Source: Actinomycetota bacterium | Lineage (GTDB): Bacteria; Actinomycetota; Actinomycetes; S36-B12; UBA5976 | DNA length: 64,000 bases | Assembly: GCA_026392515.1 (NCBI GenBank) | Contig: JAPLBY010000022.1 | Span: forward strand, 16,869 to 80,868 | Direction: 5' to 3' | In this document: positions 19,360-29,470 of the stretch, one piece after another | How the letters are laid out: every line of letters starts with the position of its first letter | Numbering within the stretch: the first letter of the stretch is position 1 | The notes under the pieces: model-generated | The model's input: the letters and a program-made list of their open reading frames with translations, nothing else | Databases searched by the model: none | What the model was told of the DNA's origin: nothing | Translations under genes and position numbers: made by a program

Positions 19360-20043
19360 GTGAGCAACGCCAATCCAGATCCAGTCAACGACTCAGATCC
19401 AGTTAATGAAGACGTAGTCTCTGAAATCAAAGACGATTCGGCCTTACTTGCTTCTGCTTTAGGTGGTTGGTCGGGCGTAATTGATTCCGGATTGCCATTC
19501 GTAGTGTTCACGATCGCTTACTTAGTTACCGACCGAAACTTAGAAACTACGCTTTACGCCTCTGTTGGAACCGCCGCAGTGCTTGCGTTATTGCGGTTAG
19601 TGCGCAGGCAATCGTTGCAGCAGATTTTCTCAGGATTAATAGGCATAGGTATTGCAGCCTTTTTAGCCCAGCGAACCGGTAACGCAGACAATTTCTTTTT
19701 ACCAGGCATTATCACCAACGCGGCTTACGCAAGTGCGTGCTTGATCAGTATTGCGGTCCACAAACCGTTGCTCGGTTATGTAATTGAAGCGATGCGAGGA
19801 CGCGACATGTCATGGGTTAAAGACCCAGCGGCACATCAGCTATTCAGCACGATCACTTGGCTATGGGCTTTGATTTTTGGAGTTCGAGTAGCGATCATGT
19901 TCCCGCTTTACTTACTAGGACAGACTGCAGCACTTGGCACACTTAAAGTGCTGTTGGGTTATCCATTATTTGCACTGGGAATTTTCGTAACTTTCCGATT
20001 GCTGGCAAAAGCCAAGAAGGAAAGTGAAATCACAAATGACTGA
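19360..20043 (+). CDS. DUF3159 membrane protein
   Basis: GTG start. Multi-TM protein in the conserved position after DUF3710. Family call from memory. Confidence 0.7.
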   Translation: MSNANPDPVNDSDPVNEDVVSEIKDDSALLASALGGWSGVIDSGLPFVVFTIAYLVTDRNLETTLYASVGTAAVLALLRLVRRQSLQQIFSGLIGIGIAAFLAQRTGNADNFFLPGIITNAAYASACLISIAVHKPLLGYVIEAMRGRDMSWVKDPAAHQLFSTITWLWALIFGVRVAIMFPLYLLGQTAALGTLKVLLGYPLFALGIFVTFRLLAKAKKESEITND

Positions 20044-21226
20044 AATAGACGTAGTTAAGATCGGCGAAATAGTCGACCTGCAGATCGACAAAGTTGCTAA
20101 CGGTGGATTCTGCATTGCTCGGTTTAATGGCCAAGTTGTGTTCGTTCGCCATGGTATTCCCGGCGAAACAGTCAAGGCCGAAATCACCGACATCAGCAAG
20201 AAGTTTTTGCGTGCTGATGTAGTTGAAGTTGTTAGTGGCAGCGAACATCGAGTTGATGCACCATGCACTTATGCCGGAGTTTGTGGTGGCTGTGATTGGC
20301 AACATGTAAGTCTTTCGCATCAGCGCAGTTTGAAAAGTGAAGTGGTTCGCGAGCAACTAGCCCACCTGGGTGGAATCACTCATGTAAACGGAAAGCCGCT
20401 TGCTGAGTTTGAAGTAATTGCGCTAAGTCCAAATGAAGATGGCTTACGTTGGCGAACTCGAAATCGGTATTCCCGAATCGGTGGCGTATCTGTTGGTATG
20501 AAAATGCCACGATCACATACTGTGATTGAAATTGATGATTGCTTAATCGCAGTTGAAGGTTCGGTGCAACTTGCGCAAGATAAAGTTCATCTTGGTCAAG
20601 GAGACATCAGCACCGCGCAGAGCTCAACGGGCCAACATGTAGTTGTTGATCAACGTGGTGGACCTTGGCTAGATGAAACTGTAGACGATCGCAGCTGGCG
20701 AATTCATGCTGGTTCATTTTGGCAAGTTCACAAAGATTCGCCAAAAGTTTTCGTTGACACAGTCCGCCGATTTGCAAACTTAAAGCCAGGGGATAAAGCA
20801 CTTGATCTTTATGCTGGTGCCGGATTGTTTGCCGCCAGTATCGCGGCCGACGTTACAGAAAAGGGCGAAGTTGTCGCCGTTGAGTCGGTAATTGATTCCA
20901 TGCGAGATGCTCGCAGATCTTGTAGCGACTTGCCACAAATGGATTTGATCACTGCTGATGTTTCCAAGTGGATAACTCAAATTGATGAAGACTTCGAAGC
21001 AGTAATTCTGGATCCACCTCGCGCCGGTGCTGGACTGGACGTCATAACGGAACTGAATCGGATCACAAAGCGAGCCATTGTTTATGTGGCATGTGAACCA
21101 AGTGCACTGGGTCGAGATGCGAAGTACCTTGCTGATGCTGGTTGGTCGATGACCCAATTGGTAGGACTTGATGCCTTCCCAATGACGGGCCATGTCGAAT
21201 GCATCGCACTTTTCGAGCGGTTCTAG
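20036..21226 (+). CDS. TRAM-domain class I SAM-dependent RNA (uracil-5) methyltransferase, RumA/TrmA family
   Basis: TRAM-like N-terminus, Fe-S Cys cluster CTYAGVCGGCDWQH, SAM motif LDLYAGAGLF, and VYVACEP near the C-terminus. Start ATG 20036 (MTEIDV...); ATG 20024 is possible. Confidence 0.85.
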   Translation: MTEIDVVKIGEIVDLQIDKVANGGFCIARFNGQVVFVRHGIPGETVKAEITDISKKFLRADVVEVVSGSEHRVDAPCTYAGVCGGCDWQHVSLSHQRSLKSEVVREQLAHLGGITHVNGKPLAEFEVIALSPNEDGLRWRTRNRYSRIGGVSVGMKMPRSHTVIEIDDCLIAVEGSVQLAQDKVHLGQGDISTAQSSTGQHVVVDQRGGPWLDETVDDRSWRIHAGSFWQVHKDSPKVFVDTVRRFANLKPGDKALDLYAGAGLFAASIAADVTEKGEVVAVESVIDSMRDARRSCSDLPQMDLITADVSKWITQIDEDFEAVILDPPRAGAGLDVITELNRITKRAIVYVACEPSALGRDAKYLADAGWSMTQLVGLDAFPMTGHVECIALFERF

Positions 21227-21259
21227 CCACCAGCTGAAGAATTCCTAGAGTTTCTGGCG

Positions 21260-21284
21260 TAGAATCTATCTTGACGTCAAGATA
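21260..21284 (+). promoter_or_regulatory. acn core promoter -10 (TAGAAT) plus 18-bp perfect palindromic operator candidate
   Basis: TAGAAT at 21260-21265. TATCTTGACGTCAAGATA at 21267-21284 is its own reverse complement. The AGGAG RBS is at 21290-21294 and the acn GTG at 21299. Confidence 0.4.
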
Positions 21285-21298
21285 CTTTTAGGAGCTCC

Positions 21299-23962
21299 GT
21301 GAGTAGCCTCAATTCATTCCAGGCCCAATCTGATCTAGTTGTGGGCGGGGAAACCTTTACGATTTATCGACTGGATGCTTTGCCCGGCACGCAACGTCTG
21401 CCGTTTACTCACAAAGTTCTACTAGAGAATTTGTTGCGCACCGAAGATGGCGCAAATGTCACGGCAGCTCAGATTCAAACTCTGGCCAATTGGGACGCGC
21501 AAGCCGAACCAACAGATGAAATTCAGTTCACTCCAGCTCGCGTAATCATGCAGGACTTTACTGGCGTGCCTTGTGTCGTCGACTTGGCAACAATGCGTGA
21601 GGCGTTTACTGAACTAGGCGGCGATCCAAATCGCATCAATCCACTTGCTCCGGCTGAATTAGTAATCGATCACTCGGTTATCGCAGATTTCTTTGGTAAC
21701 AATCAAGCCGAAGCTAAAAACGTTGACCTTGAATACGAACGCAACGGTGAGCGCTACAAGTTCTTGCGTTGGGGTCAAGATGCCTTTGACGACTTCAAAG
21801 TTGTTCCGCCAGGCACCGGCATTGTGCACCAAGTAAACATCGAAGCTCTTGCACGCGTTGTAATGGTTCGTAACGGTATGGCTTACCCAGATAGCTGCGT
21901 TGGAACTGACTCACACACAACTATGGTCAACGGCCTTGGTGTGTTGGGTTGGGGAGTAGGTGGCATCGAAGCCGAAGCCGCAATGCTTGGTCAGCCAGTT
22001 TCCATGTTGATTCCACGTGTCGTTGGTTTCAAACTGTTTGGACAAATGCAACCAGGCACTACTGCAACCGACTTAGTTCTAACAATTACCGAAATGCTTC
22101 GCAAGCACGGAGTTGTTGGCAAGTTTGTTGAGTTCTATGGCGAAGGCGTTACTGAAGTCTCACTTGCAAATCGCGCAACTATTGGAAACATGAGTCCAGA
22201 ATATGGATCAACCGCGGCGATCTTCCCGATTGATGAAGAAACTTTGAACTACATGCGACTAACTGGTCGAGCAGAATCGCAGCTTGCACTTGTTAAGGCT
22301 TACGCCCAAGAGCAAGGACTATGGCACAACCCAGCAATTGAACCGGTGTATTCCGAATACATCGAACTTGATTTGGGTTCTGTCACACCTTCGATTGCCG
22401 GACCTAAGCGACCACAAGATCGCGTTGAGCTTTCCAATGCCGGGCCAGCTTTCGAAACCGCAGTTCAGACATACACCCAAGATCGCGCCAAGACTGGAAG
22501 TGTTTCGCTGAACGGCGAAAACTTTGATGTTGCCCACGGCTCAGTTGTAATTGCAGCGATAACTTCTTGCACAAACACTTCAAACCCTTCAGTCATGATG
22601 GCCGCTGGGCTATTGGCAAAGAAGGCCTTTGAAAAAGGACTAACTCGAAAGCCTTGGGTTAAGACCACTTTGGCACCTGGCTCACAAGTTGTTACTGACT
22701 ACTACAACAAGTCAGGCCTTACTCAGTACTTGGATGCACTTGGATTCAACCTTGTTGGATATGGTTGCACCACTTGCATTGGTAACTCTGGACCAGTTGC
22801 GCCAGAGATTAGTTCAGCTATTCAGGACAATGACTTAGCTGCAGTTGCTGTGCTTTCGGGTAACCGTAACTTCGAAGGTCGCATTAACCCGGACGTAAAG
22901 ATGAATTACTTGGCATCACCACCGCTTGTAGTCGCTTACGCAATCGCTGGAACTATGGCAATTGATTTGCAGAACGATTCGTTAGGTAACGATAAAGATG
23001 GTAGTCCGGTTTACTTGCGAGACATTTGGCCAAGCGCTCAAGAAGTCGCTGCGGTAATCGATTCATCGATTGATGCAGACATGTTTACGTCTCGATACAA
23101 GGATGTATTTGCTGGCGATGCACGTTGGCAAAATCTTGACACTCCAACTGGCGCGACTTTTGATTGGGATGAAAAGAGCACATACGTGCGACGCCCACCA
23201 TATTTCGAAAATATGCCAGTTGAACCAGTGCCAGTAACAGATGTGACTGGAGCTCGGGTACTTGCAAAGCTTGGAGATTCAGTAACAACTGATCACATCT
23301 CACCTGCAGGTTCGATTCGTGAGGACAGCCCAGCTGGAAAGTACTTGAAGGAAAACGGGGTCGCTAAGGCTGACTTCAATTCCTATGGGTCTCGTCGTGG
23401 TAACCATGAAGTAATGATTCGCGGAACTTTTGCAAACATCCGTCTGCGCAATCAGTTGTTAGATGATGTTGAAGGCGGTTTCACCAGAGACTTCACTATT
23501 GAAGGCGCACCGCAATCTTCGATTTACGATGCATCCGTTAATGCTGCAGCGAAGAACGTTCCGATGATTATCTTGGCCGGCAAAGAATATGGTTCAGGCT
23601 CATCTCGTGACTGGGCAGCAAAGGGCACTGCATTACTTGGTGTTCGAGTTGTGATCGCAGAATCCTACGAAAGAATTCACCGTTCAAACTTGATCGGCAT
23701 GGGAGTTTTGCCTTTGCAGTACCCAGCAGGACAAACTGCGTACTCATTGGGACTAACTGGAACTGAAACTTTTGATGTAACTGGAATCGTCGAGCTAAAT
23801 GCTGGAAAAACTCCAAGCACAGTTTCAGTGACCGCAACAGCAATTGGTGTATCAGTAAAGACATTCCAAGCAGTTGTGCGAATTGATACTCCTGGCGAAG
23901 CTGACTACTTCCGTCATGGCGGCATCTTGCAATACGTTCTGCGTTCCCTTGCTAAAGCATGA
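21299..23962 (+). CDS. acn: Aconitate hydratase A
   Basis: 887 aa. Contains [47 protein letters not shown] and [10 protein letters not shown]. Confidence 0.97.
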   Translation: MSSLNSFQAQSDLVVGGETFTIYRLDALPGTQRLPFTHKVLLENLLRTEDGANVTAAQIQTLANWDAQAEPTDEIQFTPARVIMQDFTGVPCVVDLATMREAFTELGGDPNRINPLAPAELVIDHSVIADFFGNNQAEAKNVDLEYERNGERYKFLRWGQDAFDDFKVVPPGTGIVHQVNIEALARVVMVRNGMAYPDSCVGTDSHTTMVNGLGVLGWGVGGIEAEAAMLGQPVSMLIPRVVGFKLFGQMQPGTTATDLVLTITEMLRKHGVVGKFVEFYGEGVTEVSLANRATIGNMSPEYGSTAAIFPIDEETLNYMRLTGRAESQLALVKAYAQEQGLWHNPAIEPVYSEYIELDLGSVTPSIAGPKRPQDRVELSNAGPAFETAVQTYTQDRAKTGSVSLNGENFDVAHGSVVIAAITSCTNTSNPSVMMAAGLLAKKAFEKGLTRKPWVKTTLAPGSQVVTDYYNKSGLTQYLDALGFNLVGYGCTTCIGNSGPVAPEISSAIQDNDLAAVAVLSGNRNFEGRINPDVKMNYLASPPLVVAYAIAGTMAIDLQNDSLGNDKDGSPVYLRDIWPSAQEVAAVIDSSIDADMFTSRYKDVFAGDARWQNLDTPTGATFDWDEKSTYVRRPPYFENMPVEPVPVTDVTGARVLAKLGDSVTTDHISPAGSIREDSPAGKYLKENGVAKADFNSYGSRRGNHEVMIRGTFANIRLRNQLLDDVEGGFTRDFTIEGAPQSSIYDASVNAAAKNVPMIILAGKEYGSGSSRDWAAKGTALLGVRVVIAESYERIHRSNLIGMGVLPLQYPAGQTAYSLGLTGTETFDVTGIVELNAGKTPSTVSVTATAIGVSVKTFQAVVRIDTPGEADYFRHGGILQYVLRSLAKA

Positions 23963-24294
23963 GTAGTTGGCCAGCTGATCTAATTCCAGCCGGAGCATCT
24001 GGCTGGGAACAAAAAGCGTGTGCTTGGTTACTTGATAGGTGTCCGTCGGAGTTTCGCACTTACGAGATCTTTCGCACGCATCCAGCTGCGCTTGGCTATG
24101 TGGCAACTTTTCAACTTGAACATCAAGTAGAAGCAATTAGAGATGCCTACCGCAGCGCTAGAACTAATTCGCAGTTAGCGCCTGAGGCATTGAATGAATT
24201 GCTCAGCACTTTGGAGCACGAAGGCGCTCGGTTAGCGCTGGAACTTAGTTCCGCATTGGTTGTGATCGAAGCCTTAAATGCGAGCAAAGCCTAG
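23959..24294 (+). CDS. Hypothetical 111-aa helical protein, translationally coupled to acn
   Basis: The ATG overlaps the acn stop (ATGA). I recognise no family motif. The position between acn and dxs leaves little other use for this 340 bp. Confidence 0.55.
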   Translation: MSSWPADLIPAGASGWEQKACAWLLDRCPSEFRTYEIFRTHPAALGYVATFQLEHQVEAIRDAYRSARTNSQLAPEALNELLSTLEHEGARLALELSSALVVIEALNASKA

Positions 24295-24367
24295 AATCCA
24301 TTGGGTTTCTAGCCCTTGGCATCAGGCGCAAACCCCGAGACTTCATTAGACTTGGGGGACTCACTAG

Positions 24368-26263
24368 ATGGTTAGGGGCAAGACTGTGGCTTTTTTGCCT
24401 GGAATAACTTCCCCTAGCGACTTGCGCGTCCTTTCTGCTAAAAACCTCGACGCATTAGCCGCCGAGATTCGAATTGCGCTAGTTGATTATGTAACCAAAA
24501 CTGGCGGCCATCTAGGACCAAATCTTGGAGTTGTTGAACTTACTCTGGCCCTGCATAGAGTCTTTGATTCGCCAAAGGACCCAATCCTTTGGGACACCGG
24601 ACATCAGTCATACGTACACAAGATGGTTACTGGTCGAGCAAACGATTTTGAAACTTTGCGCCAAGAAGGTGGCTTATCGGGTTACCCAAGCCGGGCAGAA
24701 AGCATTCACGACGTAATCGAAAACAGTCACGCCTCAACTGCGCTGTCATATGCAGATGGAATTGCAAAAGCTTTCGAAATTCATGGTGAGTCAGATCGTC
24801 ACGTCGTAGCTGTAGTTGGTGATGGCGCACTTACTGGTGGCATGACTTGGGAAGCTTTGAACAACATCGCTGATGGGTCTGAAAGATCAATTGTGATTGT
24901 TGTAAACGACAATGAACGCTCGTACTCACCAACTATTGGCGGCATGGCACGTCACTTAGCAACCCTGCGCACTACAAAAGGTTACGAAGGGTTTTTGGAC
25001 TGGGGTAAATCAGTTCTAGAGCGCACGCCAGTGGTTGGTGCACCGGTTTATAACGCGTTACATGGCATGAAAAAAGGGATCAAGGATTTTGTCGCGCCAC
25101 AGGGGCTGTTCGAAGATCTTGGTTTGAAGTACATCGGGCCTATTGATGGTCACAAGATTGCAGATATGGAATTCGCATTCCAGCGAGCTCGCGACTTCGG
25201 TGGACCAGTCATTGTTCACGTAATTACTGAAAAAGGTCGTGGCTACCATCCGGCCGAAACAGACGAAGCGGATCGCTTTCATGCAGTTGGTGTAGTCGAT
25301 CCAGATACCGGCAAGCCATTAACGCAAGCCGCTAAGTCTTGGACTTCAGTTTTCTCGCAAGAACTTGTCGCTATTGGTGGCGAGCGCCAAGACGTGGTTG
25401 CAATCACTGCAGCCATGCTGGGACCTACTGGACTAGATGCTTTTGCTGACAAGTTCCCAGATCGCACATTTGATGTGGGAATTGCCGAACAACATGCAGT
25501 AACAAGCGCAGTTGGTATGGCTCATGCTGGCTTGCATCCAGTTATCGCTATCTATTCCACATTCCTAAACCGCGCAATTGATCAAGTGATTATGGATGCT
25601 GCGCTGCACCAAGCCGGTGTTACATTCGCCCTGGATCGCTCTGGAGTAACTGGCGATGACGGCGCAAGTCATAACGGTATGTGGGATATGGCTTTGTTGC
25701 GAGTAGTTCCAGGTTTAGATTTATTTGCACCTCGCGATGGTGCCCGTCTTGTTTCAGCGTTGCGAAATTGTGTTGATAAATCCGATCATCCGACCGTAAT
25801 TCGATTTTCCAAGGGCGCAATTCCAAATGACATCCCGGCTGTGCAATCACTTGGCTTCGCCGACGTTTTACAGGCCGCAACAAATCCAGATGTCACAATC
25901 GTTTCCATTGGCGGTATGGCTACTCAAGCACTCGAAGCTGCAGCAACCTTGCAGAGTCATGGTTATTCCGTAGAGGTAATTGATCCAGTTCAAGTTCTTC
26001 CAGTAGCAAGTGGACTCATCGAATATCTAGCGAATCGAGAGTTTGTAGTAACAATCGAAGATGGTTTGCTTGATGGTGGAATTGGTGAGGCAATTGGCAG
26101 CGCGCTTCGAGCAGCGAAAGCTACAACGCGAGTCACATCACTTGGAATTCCAAAGAAATTCTTAGATCACGCAACGCGCAAATCCATACTGAACAAACTG
26201 CAGCTTGATGCACAGGGAATTGCTGAAACCATCGAACAGGGTCTTAAAACTACTGTTCGCTAG
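24368..26263 (+). CDS. dxs: 1-deoxy-D-xylulose-5-phosphate synthase
   Basis: Contains GGHLGPNLGVVELT, DTGHQSYVHK, GDGALTGGM, NDNERS and DVGIAEQHAV. The start could also be GTG 24386. Confidence 0.95.
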   Translation: MVRGKTVAFLPGITSPSDLRVLSAKNLDALAAEIRIALVDYVTKTGGHLGPNLGVVELTLALHRVFDSPKDPILWDTGHQSYVHKMVTGRANDFETLRQEGGLSGYPSRAESIHDVIENSHASTALSYADGIAKAFEIHGESDRHVVAVVGDGALTGGMTWEALNNIADGSERSIVIVVNDNERSYSPTIGGMARHLATLRTTKGYEGFLDWGKSVLERTPVVGAPVYNALHGMKKGIKDFVAPQGLFEDLGLKYIGPIDGHKIADMEFAFQRARDFGGPVIVHVITEKGRGYHPAETDEADRFHAVGVVDPDTGKPLTQAAKSWTSVFSQELVAIGGERQDVVAITAAMLGPTGLDAFADKFPDRTFDVGIAEQHAVTSAVGMAHAGLHPVIAIYSTFLNRAIDQVIMDAALHQAGVTFALDRSGVTGDDGASHNGMWDMALLRVVPGLDLFAPRDGARLVSALRNCVDKSDHPTVIRFSKGAIPNDIPAVQSLGFADVLQAATNPDVTIVSIGGMATQALEAAATLQSHGYSVEVIDPVQVLPVASGLIEYLANREFVVTIEDGLLDGGIGEAIGSALRAAKATTRVTSLGIPKKFLDHATRKSILNKLQLDAQGIAETIEQGLKTTVR

Positions 26264-27530
26264 GTTGCTCTTTATCTAGATCCCATATCGCAGTTTCTAA
26301 AACTGGACTCACAATTTCAATTTGCCAAGGTCGCGCGTTGTAATTGGCAAGCACTTGGTTTAGTTCCACAACGTTGTCTGGGGGAGCCCATAAAACTCGA
26401 CGAATTGTGTCAGGTGTCATCAAATTCTCAACTGGAAGACCCAGCTTCTCAGCCACAGCAGAAAGCTGCGCGCGAGAAAACTCCAATCGACGCCAGGCTT
26501 GGGGATTTCTAACTTCCCAGTTTCTTGGCGCTGGTGGTCCCGTTACAGGCAACTTCAGCGCTGGTAATTCGGTGTCTGGCAACCCGTGGGCTCTTAAAGT
26601 TGCTTCAATCCAAGTGCTGGCGTGACGCTTAACGTTTCGTAGGTGCATAAACGAAAGTGTCTTTAGTTCTGACTCTTTAGTTAGCCCAGAACTAGCCAAG
26701 GTAACAATGTGAGAGTCTGACAAAATTCGACCAGCTGCAATGTCTTGTTCGCGCGCGATTTCATCGCGAGCATGCCAAACCTCGCGAATCACAGCCATCT
26801 CACGTGGCCGACGAATTACATGCATTCCGGAAGTACGTCGCCATGGATCCACACGCTCAATTGGCGCGGTAGTGCGCTTAACGTGATCAAACTCTTGTAG
26901 TGCCCATTCATATTTCTGTGCTTCAAGAAGTTGAGCTTCGAGCAACTCCCATAACTCAATTAAGAATTCAACATCGAGCGCGGCATAGTTAAGCCAGGAT
27001 TCCGGCAGTGGGCGAGTAGACCAATCTGCAGCGCTATGTTCCTTTGCTAATGAAAATCCAAGCTGCGTTTCAATCAGCGGGCCAAGTCCAACACGTGGCA
27101 GACCTAGTAAGCGCCCAGCTAGTTCGGTGTCGAACACATTTGCTGTTGGAATCAAACCAACTTCGGCAAGACATACCAAGTCTTGGGATGCAGCGTGCAA
27201 AATCCAGTCAACACCTTGCAAAGCATCTTGCAAGGAATTCAGATTGGCAAAAAGAATTGGATCAATTAAATGTGAACCCGAACCTTTTCGGCGCAATTGG
27301 ATTAAGTAAGCGCGCTGACTGTATTTGAATCCAGATGCTCGCTCGGCATCAAGTGCCACTGGTCCAGTTCCGCCAGAAATCGCTACCACTAGTTTTGCTA
27401 GTTGTTCCGGTGTGGAAACGATTTCGGGAAGACCTTCACGAGGTTCGGTAACTCGAATGCTCTCAACTTCGGGAACTTCAGCACTCTGGGAGTCCGTCAC
27501 TTCTTCGAGTGACTCAATTTGATCTGACAT
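26250..27530 (-). CDS. rnd: Ribonuclease D-like 3'-5' exonuclease with HRDC domain
   Basis: DEDDy exonuclease motifs (VALDAERASGF, HAASQDL, YAALDVEFL). The 3' end overlaps the dxs 3' end by 14 bp (convergent). Confidence 0.85.
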   Translation of the reverse strand: MSDQIESLEEVTDSQSAEVPEVESIRVTEPREGLPEIVSTPEQLAKLVVAISGGTGPVALDAERASGFKYSQRAYLIQLRRKGSGSHLIDPILFANLNSLQDALQGVDWILHAASQDLVCLAEVGLIPTANVFDTELAGRLLGLPRVGLGPLIETQLGFSLAKEHSAADWSTRPLPESWLNYAALDVEFLIELWELLEAQLLEAQKYEWALQEFDHVKRTTAPIERVDPWRRTSGMHVIRRPREMAVIREVWHARDEIAREQDIAAGRILSDSHIVTLASSGLTKESELKTLSFMHLRNVKRHASTWIEATLRAHGLPDTELPALKLPVTGPPAPRNWEVRNPQAWRRLEFSRAQLSAVAEKLGLPVENLMTPDTIRRVLWAPPDNVVELNQVLANYNARPWQIEIVSPVLETAIWDLDKEQPSEQ

Positions 27531-27539
27531 AAATGATTG

Positions 27540-28115
27540 TTAGCGCTTTCGTGAAAGTGCAGTAACACCTTCCGGTAGCGGCGTGAGGCCCGAACTCTTT
27601 TCGACAAGAGCAAGCCAAGCTTTCATATGCAAAGACAGATCTTCAGTATCTGGTGACCAAGATGCGCGAATTTCTAAATCAGTTTCTGTGGAGCGATCTT
27701 CTAATCCTGCAAAAGATCTAGATACCGTGCGGGTCACAGTTCCAGAGGCATTATGAAATTGTGCACCGGCATCGGTTAACGCATCCGTAAGCCAAGACCA
27801 GGCCACTTCATCAAACAGATCGTCAGTCACCACGTCAGATTCAATTGGGGCTCTAACGAAAGAAACCACCCTGAATTCGCCATCCCAAGTGTCTTGACCT
27901 TCTGGATCATGCAGAACTATAAATCGACCCACAGCCAGTTCTTCATCATCACCATCGACAGCTTCAACCGCTAAAGCAATGCTGTGCGGGGCTAGCCGCT
28001 GGGGAGCTGGGACTTCTTCAAGCGAAAATTCTGGGCGCAGTGCTGGGCTTTGCAAACTGTCTAATGCAACCTGCCAAACGTCCACGTTTGAAGCACCTAC
28101 CCCAGAAGAATTCAT
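27540..28115 (-). CDS. DUF3000 domain protein
   Basis: VWQVALDSLQS...LRPEFSLEEVPAPQRLAPHSIAL is typical of DUF3000. It has the conserved position upstream of rnd. Start ATG 28115 (28136 possible). Confidence 0.75.
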   Translation of the reverse strand: MNSSGVGASNVDVWQVALDSLQSPALRPEFSLEEVPAPQRLAPHSIALAVEAVDGDDEELAVGRFIVLHDPEGQDTWDGEFRVVSFVRAPIESDVVTDDLFDEVAWSWLTDALTDAGAQFHNASGTVTRTVSRSFAGLEDRSTETDLEIRASWSPDTEDLSLHMKAWLALVEKSSGLTPLPEGVTALSRKR

Positions 28116-28181
28116 TACATATAAGCATATGAACAATGTTGAAGTTGTGGGCTCAGGCGCGCGGTCAGTTAGGCTGTCGGA

Positions 28182-29009
28182 ATGCCGATAATTCTCGCCC
28201 TGCTATCAAGTATGGTCTGGGGCTTAGCCGACTTTTTAGGTGGAACACTCAGCAAGAAACGAAAAGCGATTGCAGTTATCGGTGGCTCACAATCATTTGG
28301 ATTACTTTTTGCCTCCACTTTGGCCTTGATTTTTGGGTTGTGGACCTGGGACTCAACGGTTTGGGTCAACGGAGCAATCGCTGGCGCCATGGGGTTGCTT
28401 GGACTGGTTGGTTTTTACACTGCACTAGCAACCGGACAAATGGGCATTGTCGCTCCAATTTCGTCTTTGAGTGCGGTAGTTCCCGTAACAATCGGATTAG
28501 TTCAAGGCGAGCGCCCAGGCACTTTGCAAGTTGTTGGAATCGCAGTCGCACTTGTGGGTGTGATTTTGGCAAGTGGACCAGAGCTAAATGGCAAAGTAGA
28601 TCCGCGACCAGTTTTCTTAGCCTTGTTTGCGGCATTAACTTTTGGTTTTTGTGTTTACTTCATGGCAAAGGGTGGACAGATAAATCCCACCATGACAATC
28701 ACTGCGATGCGCGCAACTCAAGTTGCAATAGTTCTAGTCTTAGCGCTGGCGCTTAGATCTCTTGGTGGTCTGATTAAGAAGGACATTCCATTACTAGCAA
28801 CAATTGGTGCGACAGATGCCGGTGCGAATATCTTGTTCGCGTTTGCCGCATCCCTTGGATTGCTTTCCGTCGTAGCAGTACTTGGATCGCTTTACCCAAT
28901 TGTCACCGTGTTACTTGCTTGGTGGATTCACAAAGAACGATTGATACCGGTTCAGTATCTTGGCATTGTCGTTACATTTAGTGGCGTTGCACTTATTGCA
29001 GTCGGCTAG
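28182..29009 (+). CDS. EamA/DMT-family transporter
   Basis: 275 aa with about 9-10 predicted TM helices. N-terminus MPIILALLSSMVWGLADFLGG and duplicated EamA-like halves. Confidence 0.8.
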   Translation: MPIILALLSSMVWGLADFLGGTLSKKRKAIAVIGGSQSFGLLFASTLALIFGLWTWDSTVWVNGAIAGAMGLLGLVGFYTALATGQMGIVAPISSLSAVVPVTIGLVQGERPGTLQVVGIAVALVGVILASGPELNGKVDPRPVFLALFAALTFGFCVYFMAKGGQINPTMTITAMRATQVAIVLVLALALRSLGGLIKKDIPLLATIGATDAGANILFAFAASLGLLSVVAVLGSLYPIVTVLLAWWIHKERLIPVQYLGIVVTFSGVALIAVG

Positions 29010-29413
29010 TTTTTATCTTCAATCAGTGTCATTGAAATTGAGTTAATGCAATACCGCAGATCTGTTGGGGTTTTGTAGCCTTCGCCTTCAAATACGTGAC
29101 CCAAGTGGGAATCGCAAGCAGCACATCTAATTTCAGTTCGAACCATGCCATGTGACATGTCCTTGATTTCAGTTATGGTCTCGGCAGCCAGGGGAGTAAA
29201 GAATGATGGCCAGCCACAACCACTGTGGAACTTTGCATCACTTCGGAATAGTTCAGCGCCACAAGCGCGACAAGCGTAGATGCCGTTAGTTTCGGTATCG
29301 GTGTATTCGCCAATGAAAGGTGCTTCGGTGCCAGATTCGCGCAAGACGCGATATTCTTCTGGGCTCAATTCAGTGCGCCATTGCTCATCAGACTTAACAA
29401 CTTTTTCACTCAT
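29006..29413 (-). CDS. msrB: Peptide-methionine (R)-S-oxide reductase
   Basis: Two CxxC pairs (CRACGAEL, CAACDSHLGHVF), GCGWPSF and RYCINS. Confidence 0.95.
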   Translation of the reverse strand: MSEKVVKSDEQWRTELSPEEYRVLRESGTEAPFIGEYTDTETNGIYACRACGAELFRSDAKFHSGCGWPSFFTPLAAETITEIKDMSHGMVRTEIRCAACDSHLGHVFEGEGYKTPTDLRYCINSISMTLIEDKN

Positions 29414-29470
29414 AGTTAGAGGCTAGAGCAACAGCACACTTCTTGCGAGTGCTAGGCCAACACGTGGCAG

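Noticed and set aside
28136-28756. 206-aa plus-strand ORF overlapping the EamA transporter gene in another frame
   Set aside because: The Trp/Cys/Arg-rich composition is atypical of real proteins. The EamA frame has a clear multi-TM signature.
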